Origin: a virus
Lineage: Duplodnaviria > Caudoviricetes
Length of the DNA stretch: 41,081 bases
IMG/VR virus record: IMGVR_UViG_3300025875_000784
Coordinates: 1 to 41,081 of that record
Strand: one strand, 5' to 3'
The position numbers and the translations under genes are program-made. Under the pieces are notes generated by a model. The model was not told the DNA's origin. It did no database searches and was given only the letters and a program-made list of their open reading frames with translations. Shown in pieces: positions 6,031 through 16,267 of this stretch; the stretch's first letter is position 1; every line of letters begins with the position of its first letter.

Positions 6031-8229
6031 TTAGGTGACGGGGATTTCGAAGTGTACGGGACGTTTCGGCAGCGGGCGCGCGTTGTATCGCGAGGGCCAG
6101 ATCGTCTGATCCGCTACATTGGTGCGGGCACCACCGTTAGCGGCAGGCAATGCGCCAGGTCGGGTCCATGCAGCCCGGACAAAGGGGTTGGTTCCGGTCG
6201 GGACCGAGGCCAGGGTCAGGCGCACACCGCCAGCGATGATCGCCACGTTGGTGATTGCCGGTGGCGTGGCGGTGCTGTCAAAGAACTCAAAACCCTTACC
6301 CGAACCCACGTCTGGAACGTTGGTCGTGTCGAGAACAAGGGCGCCGGTCTGACCTTCAAACATAATGTCGATGGTCGTACCGGTTCGAACTGCGCTGATC
6401 GGCTGCAGAGGCTTCCAAAGCGCCGCGTCGAAGATCACGGTCTTGATCGCGAGGGCGTACTTGTCGCCCTTGTAGGAATAGCCGACTGCGGTTTGGTGAA
6501 AGTTGTCCTGAAACGGAACGTCGTAGAGAGGGCCGACGCAATGAATGTTGGCTATCTCTTTGGACACCTCCCACTGTGCCAAGGGGATCTGCGACCGATC
6601 CAGAGAACTCGTTTGGCATAGGAAAAAGTGCAGTTGAGCTTGGCGGGTAATACCGCGAATGTCCGCGGACAGGTCGTTGTAAAGCTGGATTAGCGCGGCC
6701 TTGTAGGAGGCGCGAGTGTCGCCCAGATTGGCTTCGCCCTGATCCCAGGTGATGATTGTCTCCAGCTCCCACCCCAGCCCGTTGATCAAGGCCGTGGCCC
6801 TGCTTACACAGGCGAGAACGTTGTCGTAAGGCGTGGTCCCTTTGGACAAGGAACCGATAGGCAACCCACCAATGCCTGGGGCAACGGAGACGGATCGCGC
6901 ACTGGATGCCTCAAACAGGCGATAGGCCAACGTGCCAAGATGGGTTTCGCCATAAACGCCACCGTTGTCCAAGGTCTCCGTGAGGGGCACCAGGCGGTCG
7001 ATATTAGCCGGGGGGATGACCGTAAAACTTTGGGCTGGGGCGTCCTGCTCCCCGATAGGCCGGACCCCGCGATTAAAGCGAAGCACCGAACCGGGGAAGA
7101 GAGGCGTTGGCGTGATGAGGGTTGCACCCGCTTGGGCACCTACCGCAGTGCTTTGCCCATATCCGACCAGCAGATAGACCTTCTTGCTGCCGCGAGCCGA
7201 CACAACAGACTTGCCATCCGCGAACATGCGGGCCTCGCGCAACCCACCGTTGCGGTCGGTCGCGAATTTGACGGCACCACCCATGAGCGAGGGATAGCGA
7301 TCGTTCGCCGTTCCGTCCGAGACAACGGTCTCGCCATTGCCGTCGATCACCGCAATCTGCTGGAGTGCTGCAACGGTCTTCTCATAGGCGATGCCGCTGC
7401 CCATGAGCGGCACGAGCGAACGCGCAACTGCTGCATCGCTTGGGGTCGAAGTCAGGCGCCCTGCCTCGTCCAGATCCAGAACAATGTTGCCGTTGGCGTC
7501 TCCGATCTGAAACCCACCTGCCGAGTAGGGCAAGGTGGTATCAGGTTCCGAGCCAGATCGGACAACGCCCGCACTATCGACCTCAAAGACGACATTGCCG
7601 TTCGTGTCGCCTATCTGGAACCCACCATCGGTGTACCCCGGAGCGGCATCTTCGAGAACGCTGATCCGATAGCCTTGGTCGATTATGGCTGAGTTGCTCG
7701 GGAAGCGCTTGATCTCCGTCGCGATCCCCGACACGTCGCGATAGAGAATAAAGCTCTCGTCCGCCCGCGGTGATGGAACGAGGAAGTATTCCCCGTTGGC
7801 AACCGCAGCCAGGCCGGTCGCGGTGTCTGGGTAAATCCGGCCGGCGGTGTAGGCGGCATCGCGAGCTGCTTCTGCTGAAACCCTGGCAGTAACGGCTGAA
7901 GCCGCTGAGGCATCCGCGGCCGACGCAGCGAAGAGAGCCCCGTCGCGTGCCCCGCGGATTTCCGTAAGAATATCCCCCAGCGGCAGGAGAGTTATCCACT
8001 CGGTGCTTCCTTTTGCCCGGTATTGCAGGTTTGCACCATCAGACCGGAACTCGGGCTCAGGGCCGATTGGGCCCCGGATCGCGGATAGTGCAATCAATGT
8101 GTTCCAAGGCGTGTCGCCGTTCAGATCCGGCACATATCGCCATTGGATCTCGGTAGGCGTAACCCGAAGCATGATCTCGCGACCATTTACTGGGATCAAC
8201 GCCGGGATTGCACGCAGGCGAATGGTCAT
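6031..8229 (-). CDS. Tailspike/fiber with SGNH (SASA-like O-acetylesterase) domain
   Basis: GQS, WDQGEAN and DNFH blocks; Ala-rich N-terminal stalk; true start MTIRLRA at 8229. Confidence 0.8.
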   Translation of the reverse strand: MTIRLRAIPALIPVNGREIMLRVTPTEIQWRYVPDLNGDTPWNTLIALSAIRGPIGPEPEFRSDGANLQYRAKGSTEWITLLPLGDILTEIRGARDGALFAASAADASAASAVTARVSAEAARDAAYTAGRIYPDTATGLAAVANGEYFLVPSPRADESFILYRDVSGIATEIKRFPSNSAIIDQGYRISVLEDAAPGYTDGGFQIGDTNGNVVFEVDSAGVVRSGSEPDTTLPYSAGGFQIGDANGNIVLDLDEAGRLTSTPSDAAVARSLVPLMGSGIAYEKTVAALQQIAVIDGNGETVVSDGTANDRYPSLMGGAVKFATDRNGGLREARMFADGKSVVSARGSKKVYLLVGYGQSTAVGAQAGATLITPTPLFPGSVLRFNRGVRPIGEQDAPAQSFTVIPPANIDRLVPLTETLDNGGVYGETHLGTLAYRLFEASSARSVSVAPGIGGLPIGSLSKGTTPYDNVLACVSRATALINGLGWELETIITWDQGEANLGDTRASYKAALIQLYNDLSADIRGITRQAQLHFFLCQTSSLDRSQIPLAQWEVSKEIANIHCVGPLYDVPFQDNFHQTAVGYSYKGDKYALAIKTVIFDAALWKPLQPISAVRTGTTIDIMFEGQTGALVLDTTNVPDVGSGKGFEFFDSTATPPAITNVAIIAGGVRLTLASVPTGTNPFVRAAWTRPGALPAANGGARTNVADQTIWPSRYNARPLPKRPVHFEIPVT

Positions 8230-8567
8230 CTTAGCTCTCCGTCTAAATAAGCCAGCGTCCCGGAAAACAACTCTGTGGTTCCGCCGCCAGTCGTCACCCG
8301 GCAGCCGACGCGGTAGGTCGTTCCGTGATGCAGCACCCGCATTTGGTCGGCTGGGAACCGCCATTGAAAGACGTGGGCCATAGGACGCCGGACGGTTTGG
8401 TCAGCGGTGGTGGCCGTGAGGATCATGCGATCATCGTAATCGCTGACCTCGATGTCGACCCTTGCATTGGCGATCTGGTCGAGCGGCTCGTTTGTGCCGG
8501 CGTCGATCATTTCAATCGCTTCCGCCCAATCGACGCCGCTCCTAGCTGTGAACTGGATTTCGTACAT
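8226..8567 (-). CDS. Tail-associated adaptor protein
   Basis: 113 aa beta-rich ORF coupled to the tailspike (ATGA overlap). Confidence 0.6.
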   Translation of the reverse strand: MYEIQFTARSGVDWAEAIEMIDAGTNEPLDQIANARVDIEVSDYDDRMILTATTADQTVRRPMAHVFQWRFPADQMRVLHHGTTYRVGCRVTTGGGTTELFSGTLAYLDGELR

Positions 8568-8569
8568 GG

Positions 8570-9520
8570 TCAGAGCTTTATGAGCACGGTGACGAACTTG
8601 GTCGGTTGAATGTTGTAGTGAGGCTGGTTGCCGCCTGTCGTTTCGATTGAGATCGAGTGGCTGTGATTGCCAGAGGACGGCAAGTCTGTGGTGTTCGGAG
8701 ACATGACATCTACCGCGGTGGAACCTAAATCGAGGACCATCGAACGCCGAGCGGCCGTCTGGTGAGTGTGCTGGCCAGATGGATCAATTGCCGCTCCGTG
8801 CCCGTGGTTCGGCATCTGATCGACATTGATGGCGATCTCCGACGCACCCGCCACCGCGCCAAGTAGATCGTTGTTACCGCCCTCGATGAACCGCCCCGGC
8901 ATGATCGGGCTTTCGTCACTCCCCATCCGCGCTAGGCCAGCTCGCACGCGAGCCCGGAAATCAGGGAGCGCAACCGTCTTGTTGGCAGCGAAGTCGCCGG
9001 ACGGCGTTGCGCCTCGTCCGCCCGATACCGCCAGAGTTGGATCGCTCCACAGGAGAGTAAACAGCGGCAGGCAATCGACGTTGGCTCGCTCACTGGCCCC
9101 GGAGGCTGCGTTGCCGATCGTGCGGCCATTACAGCGGACAAACCCGCCGATGGTCCCGGTGCCGTAGTAATCTACAAGAAGCCCGGTGCGGAGCAAAAGA
9201 GTTGGATCGGTGGAGCCTGCCCCCGTATCGGCAGATAGTGAAGCCGTCGGAGCCGTGATCCCGTCCACGTCCCAGATCGTGACGCCAAAAGCGTCCGTGA
9301 CCCGGAGCCGATAATCCCCGCCCGGCAGGAATACGGCAGGGAAAATGCCCGCCGCATTAGCCACAACCGGATGGTCGTGCGACACGCCGAGGCCGCTATC
9401 CCGGTAAACCGTGCGCGGTGACGTGGTGTTAGCATCGAAGAAATACGCCTTTGCCCCAACATAGGGGTTGCCGTTTGCGTCGATGAACGGCGTAGGCGCG
9501 GGCTGCCAGAGGATTGCCAT
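8570..9520 (-). CDS. Tail fiber protein (head-binding-like N-terminus plus tail-collar domain)
   Basis: PFIDANGNP..GAKAYFF N-terminus; FVRCNGRTIG, LPDFRAR, MPNHGH, HTH/HSH, PHYNIQP motifs. Confidence 0.8.
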   Translation of the reverse strand: MAILWQPAPTPFIDANGNPYVGAKAYFFDANTTSPRTVYRDSGLGVSHDHPVVANAAGIFPAVFLPGGDYRLRVTDAFGVTIWDVDGITAPTASLSADTGAGSTDPTLLLRTGLLVDYYGTGTIGGFVRCNGRTIGNAASGASERANVDCLPLFTLLWSDPTLAVSGGRGATPSGDFAANKTVALPDFRARVRAGLARMGSDESPIMPGRFIEGGNNDLLGAVAGASEIAINVDQMPNHGHGAAIDPSGQHTHQTAARRSMVLDLGSTAVDVMSPNTTDLPSSGNHSHSISIETTGGNQPHYNIQPTKFVTVLIKL

Positions 9521-9577
9521 GGGCGTTCCTTCGGTTGGGAGGGTGACGAAAAGCTTGGAAGCGGATATGGCTTGGGC

Positions 9578-9973
9578 ATGTCCAAGCAGTTTGACTTAGA
9601 GCCGCATGAGTATCGTCGAAAAGGCCGGCTGCTGCCGCCGCCCGTTCAGCGGTTCTTCCGGCACTTCATGCTGTGGGCCACGATTTGCGGGGTGTGGACC
9701 GGGGCGGCGATTTCACTTTTGCCGATCCTGCCATTGCCCAAGATGCCATGGTGGGCGATTTTGGCCATCCCATTTGGGCCATCGCTCATACTGTTGACGC
9801 TGGCTGTTATCGCTGACCAAGAAGCAAGGCTAGATACGGGGCCACGCCGGCCCCCTCCTGCCGCTGTTCGGCTCCCACCGCGCCAGTCCGTAAGCCACCA
9901 GCAAGCGCCCCTTTCGGCACCGGACGATACTTCGGAACGGAATATTGCCAATCGGTATCCGCCCCGCTCATAA
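9578..9973 (+). CDS. Counter-oriented 2-TM membrane protein (moron)
   Basis: Two hydrophobic helices; inserted between ejection and tail genes; 3' end overlaps the convergent gene. Confidence 0.55.
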   Translation: MSKQFDLEPHEYRRKGRLLPPPVQRFFRHFMLWATICGVWTGAAISLLPILPLPKMPWWAILAIPFGPSLILLTLAVIADQEARLDTGPRRPPPAAVRLPPRQSVSHQQAPLSAPDDTSERNIANRYPPRS

Positions 9974-11528
9974 GCAGGCGCGCAATCTGAGAATTGTCGC
10001 TTTCTCGGCTAGCGTTCAGGCCGCGGCCAAGAGTGTAGTCAGCCAACTTCGCGGCCGCGCTGCCACCTTGCAGATTGAGCAGGCTTTGCAGGAAGCCGGG
10101 CCCCTTCTCAGTGCCGCGAATTTCGTCCTGCGCTGCCTTGAGAACCTGCGTTCGGCTGCCGGACAGGGCGAGGTTCTGCGTCTCGGCATACCGCCGCTCG
10201 CGCTCGAGAATACCAAGCAGTCGATCCGCCTTCTCAGGCCCGAAAATGGTCGCCAAGCGATCGCGGTTCCAGTTTCCTTCGCCGCCAACAGCACGCTTGA
10301 GCGCGTTCAGGTCGTTGATTGTCGTGCCGAACATGCGGTCTATCTCGGCGCGGGCGCCTTGGCTCAACCGGAATGGCGCGCCGGACGGCCCCATGCCGCG
10401 TTCCGGGACGGAACCGCCGACCATCTGGTCAACCAGTTCGGACGGTCGCACAGCGGTCCTGCCGCTATCGAGTGCCTGTTGACCGGACTGCACCGCCTCG
10501 CGCTGCTTGGCCAGTTCCTCAAACTTGGCGTCGACCTCTTTGATCCCCGGCACCGTTTCCGCAAGCGTCTGATCCACGCGATGGCGAATGTTCGTCATAA
10601 CGGCGCGGGCTTGCGGGCCCAAGTCGCCGGCCATCATGTCGTCAATGGCCTGCCGGGTTTGAAACAGCGTTGCTGGGTTGGGGTCCAGTTGATCCGTGCC
10701 GGTAACGTTCAGCATGGCGCGCACACGTTGGGCAGATCTCTGCGCATCGCCGCGCAGGTTCACAGCCATGCTGTCCAGATCAAGCGCGATGGGCGATGTG
10801 TCGACGGCTCGGGCACCTTCGAACGCGGCCTCGTACTCAGGACCAAGGGACACTTGGTTATTGCGGATATCCTCAAGGAGCTTAGACGGAACGGGCGACT
10901 TCCCAAGGGAAGCGTCCACGTCTCCGAAAATGCGCGGGTTGGCCTTTGACTGGCGCGCCCGAAGCGCATCAATCACGGTCTTCTGGCCTGACCCTGGCAT
11001 TGTGGCGATTGCTGCAGCCTGGTTCTGCAACCGAGGGCTTAAATCAGCCAGAACGGCATCCGGACCGATAGCGGACAGTTGCTTGCCTACCTGATCGACC
11101 GGGACGCCCGCATCCTCAATGCCGCGCAGAAGTACGCCACGTGCGCGCCCAGACAGGCTAGCGGCCGCACGGCCCGGAATGCCCGCAGCAGGAGCTGCAA
11201 TTCCACCCGGCCCAAACCCGGCAACTCCCATCGCATCGCCCGCCATTTCAGCGGTGATCGGGGACACGCGGCCCGTCTCGGGATCTTGTTCAAGCCCGTA
11301 TCCACCCGAAAGGGCTTTCAACGGCGCCTGAATTGCTTCGCCAGCCTCAACGAGCAACTGGGGGACCGCCCAACGGTGCTCGCCAGTTTTCGGATTGCTT
11401 TCCATTGGCAAGAGAGTGGCTCGGCGCCATTCTTCGGGCTGGTCAGCAGCAGGAGCTTGGAACTTCTGCCAAGGGCCCGTCGGCGCCGCGACCGGAGCTT
11501 GCTGAAACTTCTCCCAAGGACCAGCCAT
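9807..11528 (-). CDS. Large DNA ejection/internal virion protein
   Basis: MAGPWEKFQ...GPWQKFQ N-terminus, helical Ala-rich; last of three ejection genes. Confidence 0.7.
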   Translation of the reverse strand: MAGPWEKFQQAPVAAPTGPWQKFQAPAADQPEEWRRATLLPMESNPKTGEHRWAVPQLLVEAGEAIQAPLKALSGGYGLEQDPETGRVSPITAEMAGDAMGVAGFGPGGIAAPAAGIPGRAAASLSGRARGVLLRGIEDAGVPVDQVGKQLSAIGPDAVLADLSPRLQNQAAAIATMPGSGQKTVIDALRARQSKANPRIFGDVDASLGKSPVPSKLLEDIRNNQVSLGPEYEAAFEGARAVDTSPIALDLDSMAVNLRGDAQRSAQRVRAMLNVTGTDQLDPNPATLFQTRQAIDDMMAGDLGPQARAVMTNIRHRVDQTLAETVPGIKEVDAKFEELAKQREAVQSGQQALDSGRTAVRPSELVDQMVGGSVPERGMGPSGAPFRLSQGARAEIDRMFGTTINDLNALKRAVGGEGNWNRDRLATIFGPEKADRLLGILERERRYAETQNLALSGSRTQVLKAAQDEIRGTEKGPGFLQSLLNLQGGSAAAKLADYTLGRGLNASRESDNSQIARLLMSGADTDWQYSVPKYRPVPKGALAGGLRTGAVGAEQRQEGAGVAPYLALLLGQR

Positions 11529-13240
11529 TACTGCACCTGTTCCCAACTTGTCGGAGAGGACGGATCGCCACCGAGGAAGCGGTAACCGTCAACCGTGGCC
11601 CCGACCTCCGGTGCATCGGCACCGATATTACCGGCGCTGCCAAGCCCCAGCAACGCCTTCCGCATGTCGGGCGTCATGATGGACTGACGATCGAGTTCAT
11701 TCATTTTCTGGCGAGCCGCGCCGATGTTGATTTCCCCGCTCTGATAGCGGGTGATAATCTCGGATCGCGCCACGTTCAGTTGCGCCTTTGCCGACATGAT
11801 AGACAGGATCATTTTGTTGGCTTCCGGCTGGTTCACCAGCGACGGCAGACTGTCCAGCATACCTTGATATTCGATATCACTCGTTGCGCCAGATCCCGGT
11901 GCGCGAAGCGTCGGGGCAACACGCCGGATGATCGACTTAGCCGCGTCGGCCGCTGAATTGAAGCCTTTGAAGGTATCGGCCAGCCGGCCCGTAATCGGCC
12001 CTTGCGGCGCGAGTGTCAGAAGTTCGCCAAGCACATCGAAGTCCTGTGCGTTGGAGCCCGAGACAGCACCAGCGGACTTATATTCGCTCCACTGCTTGCC
12101 CTCGGCTTCGCTCAGCGCCTTGTTGAGAGCGCCATCGGTACCGTCTCCGGTGTTGACGTTGATCGTTTGCCCGCTGCTCTTTGTTCCCTTGAGCCAATCC
12201 TGCAGAGTGCCGGTGAAGCCCTGCTCTTTGGCAACCGCATATTCACGCATATCGTCGGTCGGGGGAACAGCGGGCTTATTGCCGAGAGCTTCAATCTGGG
12301 CACGCTTGTAATCCCGGTCGAGCCCATCTTGCAGAACTTGGGCTTCACCAGTCTGCACGTTGTACTGCCAGATGCTCCCATCGTCGCGCTGGAACGTTTG
12401 CAAGGGCTGGATCTGCTGACCCTTGAACGCGGCTTGCGCCATTTCGATAGCCATAGGGCGCGTTTCTGGGCTTTGGAAAAGCTGCTTCATCACGTCGGCG
12501 GGCGGCAGGGAAACGCTGGGACCGGTGGGAGTTGGGAAATCTGTCGGTGCATTGCCCAGCTCGGAAGCATAGCGCGCTCGGTTGCCCCATCCGTGAGCGC
12601 CGTAAGGGTTGTCTGCGCTCCAGCCTTGGGGCCGCTCATAGCCGACAAATGCCGCGGCGGCTTCAACGGGGTTCTTGGCTTGGCGCAGCCGGTCGCGCAC
12701 GCCCGTTTCGGTGGTGTTCAATTCATGATCGACAAAGCCAAGCTGCGTCGTCAGATCGGACGGGTTACCGCCGTTCTGTGCCGCATATGCCTGCAGCGCC
12801 TTCGCGCGCGGTCCATTCCACTGTGCAATGCCAATGCTGTTGGAGCCATCCGCACCGTCGCCAGGGTTCAAAGCCCCGGTGTTGAGGTTGCTTTCGGCCA
12901 TCAGATTGCCGACGATCCCGGCTGCCTGATGGGGCGAGTACCCCTTCCCTACGTAGAACTGCATCGCGGTCTTGGCCGCGTCATTGCCGGACATCGAACC
13001 GGCGGAAGCGGTCATAGGGGCTTGCGCAGACGGCTGAAGGCCAGCCGAAGGCATCGCCGGCACCTGCGATGGCCCAAGCGCAAGGCTTTCGATGTAGCTG
13101 CCGAAGCCCTTTTGAGCGCTCTGCTCGTCCTTCAGGATCTTGGCTTCTTTGCGCCCTGCCTCCAGCCCGGGGAGAAAGGCCGCAAGCGAGCTCTCCTGCG
13201 CCTGCGGAACAACGAAACCGGGATAGGACAGGCCAGCCAT
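11528..13240 (-). CDS. Ejection protein with phage tail lysozyme domain
   Basis: QAAGIVGNLMAES, GIAQWNGPR and YERP lysozyme motifs. Confidence 0.85.
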   Translation of the reverse strand: MAGLSYPGFVVPQAQESSLAAFLPGLEAGRKEAKILKDEQSAQKGFGSYIESLALGPSQVPAMPSAGLQPSAQAPMTASAGSMSGNDAAKTAMQFYVGKGYSPHQAAGIVGNLMAESNLNTGALNPGDGADGSNSIGIAQWNGPRAKALQAYAAQNGGNPSDLTTQLGFVDHELNTTETGVRDRLRQAKNPVEAAAAFVGYERPQGWSADNPYGAHGWGNRARYASELGNAPTDFPTPTGPSVSLPPADVMKQLFQSPETRPMAIEMAQAAFKGQQIQPLQTFQRDDGSIWQYNVQTGEAQVLQDGLDRDYKRAQIEALGNKPAVPPTDDMREYAVAKEQGFTGTLQDWLKGTKSSGQTINVNTGDGTDGALNKALSEAEGKQWSEYKSAGAVSGSNAQDFDVLGELLTLAPQGPITGRLADTFKGFNSAADAAKSIIRRVAPTLRAPGSGATSDIEYQGMLDSLPSLVNQPEANKMILSIMSAKAQLNVARSEIITRYQSGEINIGAARQKMNELDRQSIMTPDMRKALLGLGSAGNIGADAPEVGATVDGYRFLGGDPSSPTSWEQVQ

Positions 13241-13917
13241 CAGAAGCCTCCGTAACCCAGGGCCTTGCTGCCCATGCCGATAATCGTCTTGCCGAGATTG
13301 GCGAAGCCAGCAGAGTTTGCCTCCTTGCCGCTCGCAAACTGGTTATTCGCGCCCATCAGGCCGTTACCGATTTCGCCGGCGATCCCGATGCGCTTTCCGG
13401 ATGTGTCGAGGGCAAGGTCGGCCATGTTGCCGAGCGTGCTGGTTTGCCCCGAAACAGCGCTGTTGAGCGGCGATGATGGGTTGGCTAGCCGATCCAGCCA
13501 CGAGTTCCACGATTGATCCGCAAGGCCGCTCGCGTACTGCATTGCCCCGACATCGGTATTGCCGGACATCAGGTTGCCGCGCGCCGAACCCATGCGCTGC
13601 AAAGCCTGCAGGCCCTGGTCCATCTGGAACTGATAGCCCGGCCCGGCCTGAAACGCTCCAGTCGCCCGCTGCGCACCATTCGCGCCGTTGATCCCCAAGG
13701 CATCGGCGTAAAGCCCGGCACCGGCGCGCCCCGCGTCCGCTGCGGGCTGCTGCAGACCGAGGATCTGCTGCAGATACCCGCCCGCTTGGTCCGCGCCTTG
13801 CGTAACCAGATTGCCAGCGTCGACACCGTACTGGTTCACAATGCCTTCGTTCTTGGTGGCGGCCTTCATTGTGGCCTTGCCGGCGTTGAGGCCGAGCATA
13901 TCCATCAGCCAATCCAT
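13240..13917 (-). CDS. DNA transfer/pilot protein (P22 gp7-like)
   Basis: PGYQFQMDQG motif; Gly/Ala/Gln-rich; position after the gp10-like gene. Confidence 0.7.
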   Translation of the reverse strand: MDWLMDMLGLNAGKATMKAATKNEGIVNQYGVDAGNLVTQGADQAGGYLQQILGLQQPAADAGRAGAGLYADALGINGANGAQRATGAFQAGPGYQFQMDQGLQALQRMGSARGNLMSGNTDVGAMQYASGLADQSWNSWLDRLANPSSPLNSAVSGQTSTLGNMADLALDTSGKRIGIAGEIGNGLMGANNQFASGKEANSAGFANLGKTIIGMGSKALGYGGF

Positions 13918-14093
13918 CAGGGCAGCTCCAATTCCGTTATTCGACGGTCATAATCATTCGATGCGGTCACCAGCTTGCGCACCGCGTCGTCCAGTTCCCG
14001 CAGATACTGGAAAGCCTCTTTGGTCAGGCGCCCGGTCTTAGGGTCCACCCACATAACGGCCGGGTCGGGAAGCCGTTGAGGGAAGCGGATCAT
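13917..14093 (-). CDS. Small virion-module protein (58 aa, not in ORF track)
   Basis: MIRFPQRLPDPAVMWVDPKTGRLTKEAFQYLRELDDAV...; overlaps both neighbours' start/stop codons. Confidence 0.7.
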   Translation of the reverse strand: MIRFPQRLPDPAVMWVDPKTGRLTKEAFQYLRELDDAVRKLVTASNDYDRRITELELP

Positions 14094-15508
14094 GCCGCGC
14101 GTTCCTCGATGTCCATTGCGCCCCCGAGGAATACCGCCTCAACAGGATCGCTGATTTGCAGCCGCCATTGCCAACCTTGACGCTGAGACAGCCCGCACCG
14201 AAAAATATCGATCGGAACGATTTCGCCCTGAGAGCCAAGGCGGCGGAGCAACGGGTTCCCGAACGTGCGCCCGCCGTCGATAGACCACGAAATTGAAACC
14301 TTCGGGTCCGTCTCGATAGGGGCAAGTCCCTGATCCCGCCCCACGCCTGTCACAAAATCAAAGCTCGCCCGGTTGACGACGAACCGGCCCGGAAGCCGGT
14401 GCACCTGGTTCGATCGCAGTTCCATAACCAAGGGCTCGCCATTCTCCCGGCGCTCCCCGTCTTGCACCTGAAACACGGCATTGCTGCCACGGTCAAAGGT
14501 GAGCCATGAGCCAAAAGCATAAACGCCGCCCTTGGCCCGCCAGCGCTCCGATCCATAAGACTGCCGCTCGTGCCATTCGCCAGTGATGAAGTCGTAAACC
14601 CACGTCCATGTCGGGGCCGTCAGGACAAAGCAGGCATGTCCGGCGGCGACATAAACGCTGCCCTCAATCGTCAGCGGGTCAGCGACGGCTTCGATCATGC
14701 GCTCAAGCGCGGGCGTGGAAATCGGCTCTGGCGAATACCCAACCAAGCGATAAACCCGGTTATCGCTCCCAACCCAGCACAGGGGCTGAGGGAAGCCGTA
14801 TTCAAAGCCGCCGACCGCATAGGGGCCTTTCAGCCCCACAGGGATCACCGGGCCGCGCGTAAAGGGGAACGCCTCGGGGTTGCCGGTATTGCTCCACAGT
14901 TCGATCGTTGTCTCGCCCATAAGCAGAAGGTCGCGCCCAAAGGCCACGGCCCTCACAAGCCCGTCGGGCGCCGCTTCGGCGGTCGCATAATCGAACGTCG
15001 CGAACGTCGTGTCATTGAGGCCAGAGGCATAGGCCCGACCGTCCGCCGAGGTGAGGACGAAAAAGCCATCGAGATAGGTCAGGGAGGAAACTGCAGGCAG
15101 GTCGGGATCGGAGAAGTCCGAAACGGTGTTGCTTTCGATCTTGGCCATGCCATCCGAGTGCACCAAAAGCACCTGATTGGTTGGAACACGCATGTTGTGC
15201 TCCATCAGGACCGGGCCGTTTCCTGGCACCGTGCCGACCAACGCGGTAATAACGATCGACCCGCCAGACGACACCACAGAGTAAGCGGTGCTCCCGTTTA
15301 CGACGTACAGGATCGAACCAACAAGCAGCGAACCGCGGTAAAGACCACCCCCAACGCTGAAGTAGGGTCGCAAGCCGGGTGAACGCCGGTAAAGCACCTT
15401 GCTCCGTGAGCCTTCCGGGGCCTTCTCTGCGTAGCAATTGATCAGCCGGCCGCCGTTCTCGGTTGGGTTCAGACTTGGCGCGGTGGAGGTCGGGAAGGGG
15501 ATTTCCAT
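14090..15508 (-). CDS. Packaged DNA stabilization/tail hub protein (P22 gp10-like)
   Basis: 472 aa; YLDGFFV, ATAEAAPDGLV, TWVYD..TGEWHER, SIDGGRTFG motifs. Confidence 0.85.
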   Translation of the reverse strand: MEIPFPTSTAPSLNPTENGGRLINCYAEKAPEGSRSKVLYRRSPGLRPYFSVGGGLYRGSLLVGSILYVVNGSTAYSVVSSGGSIVITALVGTVPGNGPVLMEHNMRVPTNQVLLVHSDGMAKIESNTVSDFSDPDLPAVSSLTYLDGFFVLTSADGRAYASGLNDTTFATFDYATAEAAPDGLVRAVAFGRDLLLMGETTIELWSNTGNPEAFPFTRGPVIPVGLKGPYAVGGFEYGFPQPLCWVGSDNRVYRLVGYSPEPISTPALERMIEAVADPLTIEGSVYVAAGHACFVLTAPTWTWVYDFITGEWHERQSYGSERWRAKGGVYAFGSWLTFDRGSNAVFQVQDGERRENGEPLVMELRSNQVHRLPGRFVVNRASFDFVTGVGRDQGLAPIETDPKVSISWSIDGGRTFGNPLLRRLGSQGEIVPIDIFRCGLSQRQGWQWRLQISDPVEAVFLGGAMDIEERAA

Positions 15509-15846
15509 CAGAAGTACCGCACGGCGACCGGGTTGCTCGGCGGGCTGGAATAATGAAGATCCTTCAATCGGGCTTCATGGTAGACCCGGAGCACATCATC
15601 GGGCTGCTTGCCGAAAGGCCGCGCCACCGAATTGGCGAGGATCAAGGCCAGATGCACGAACGCCTCTTCCTCAATCCTGTCCGGATCGCCGTAATTGTAG
15701 TAGCCGCGAAACGCCAGATCGGACAGCACGGGTCCAATTTCATCATCCACAAGCTGGGCGTCTTCCGGCTGGGCTGGCTGCCCCGCGCCAATGACGCCCA
15801 ACTCCAGAAGAGCGCGCGCAATAAGTTCCTGGCGAGTTTTGTACAT
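15508..15846 (-). CDS. Head-tail adaptor (P22 gp4-like)
   Basis: KTRQELIARALLELGVI...G.P..ED N-terminus; position. Confidence 0.7.
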   Translation of the reverse strand: MYKTRQELIARALLELGVIGAGQPAQPEDAQLVDDEIGPVLSDLAFRGYYNYGDPDRIEEEAFVHLALILANSVARPFGKQPDDVLRVYHEARLKDLHYSSPPSNPVAVRYF

Positions 15847-15861
15847 TGCGCGCGCCCTGCC

Positions 15862-16260
15862 TTACTGGTTCTTCTTGGCCAGCTCGGACGCGATATAAGC
15901 ATCCTGCTCTTCGACGGTCATGGCGTTGAAGGCTTCAGCATCGGCCCTGGTCAGCTTCTCGACCAGTTCCGCATCGCCGCGCATGATCGAGTACGAACCG
16001 CCGCCCCGATGCTTGGCAACAATTTCGTCCGGGTCAGCCTGCGTGCTGGCGACGGTCTGCGCAGCAGCCGCCTGGTTCGCTTCATTCTCGGCTGCCTTGG
16101 CTTCGCCCGCTGTGGGCTGACCATCAACCTCAAAGAAGCGGTTCATCCGCATGGCGATAAGGGCCGAGGCGTCGGTGATTTCCACCGGGGTGCCCGGCAC
16201 GAACGCATAGCCGTGAAACGAAATGGCATGCGCCTCGCCTAGATACTTGACCTGAGCCAT
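15862..16260 (-). CDS. Hypothetical virion-module protein
   Basis: 132 aa ORF in the structural operon. Confidence 0.65.
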   Translation of the reverse strand: MAQVKYLGEAHAISFHGYAFVPGTPVEITDASALIAMRMNRFFEVDGQPTAGEAKAAENEANQAAAAQTVASTQADPDEIVAKHRGGGSYSIMRGDAELVEKLTRADAEAFNAMTVEEQDAYIASELAKKNQ

Positions 16261-16267
16261 GACGCCC

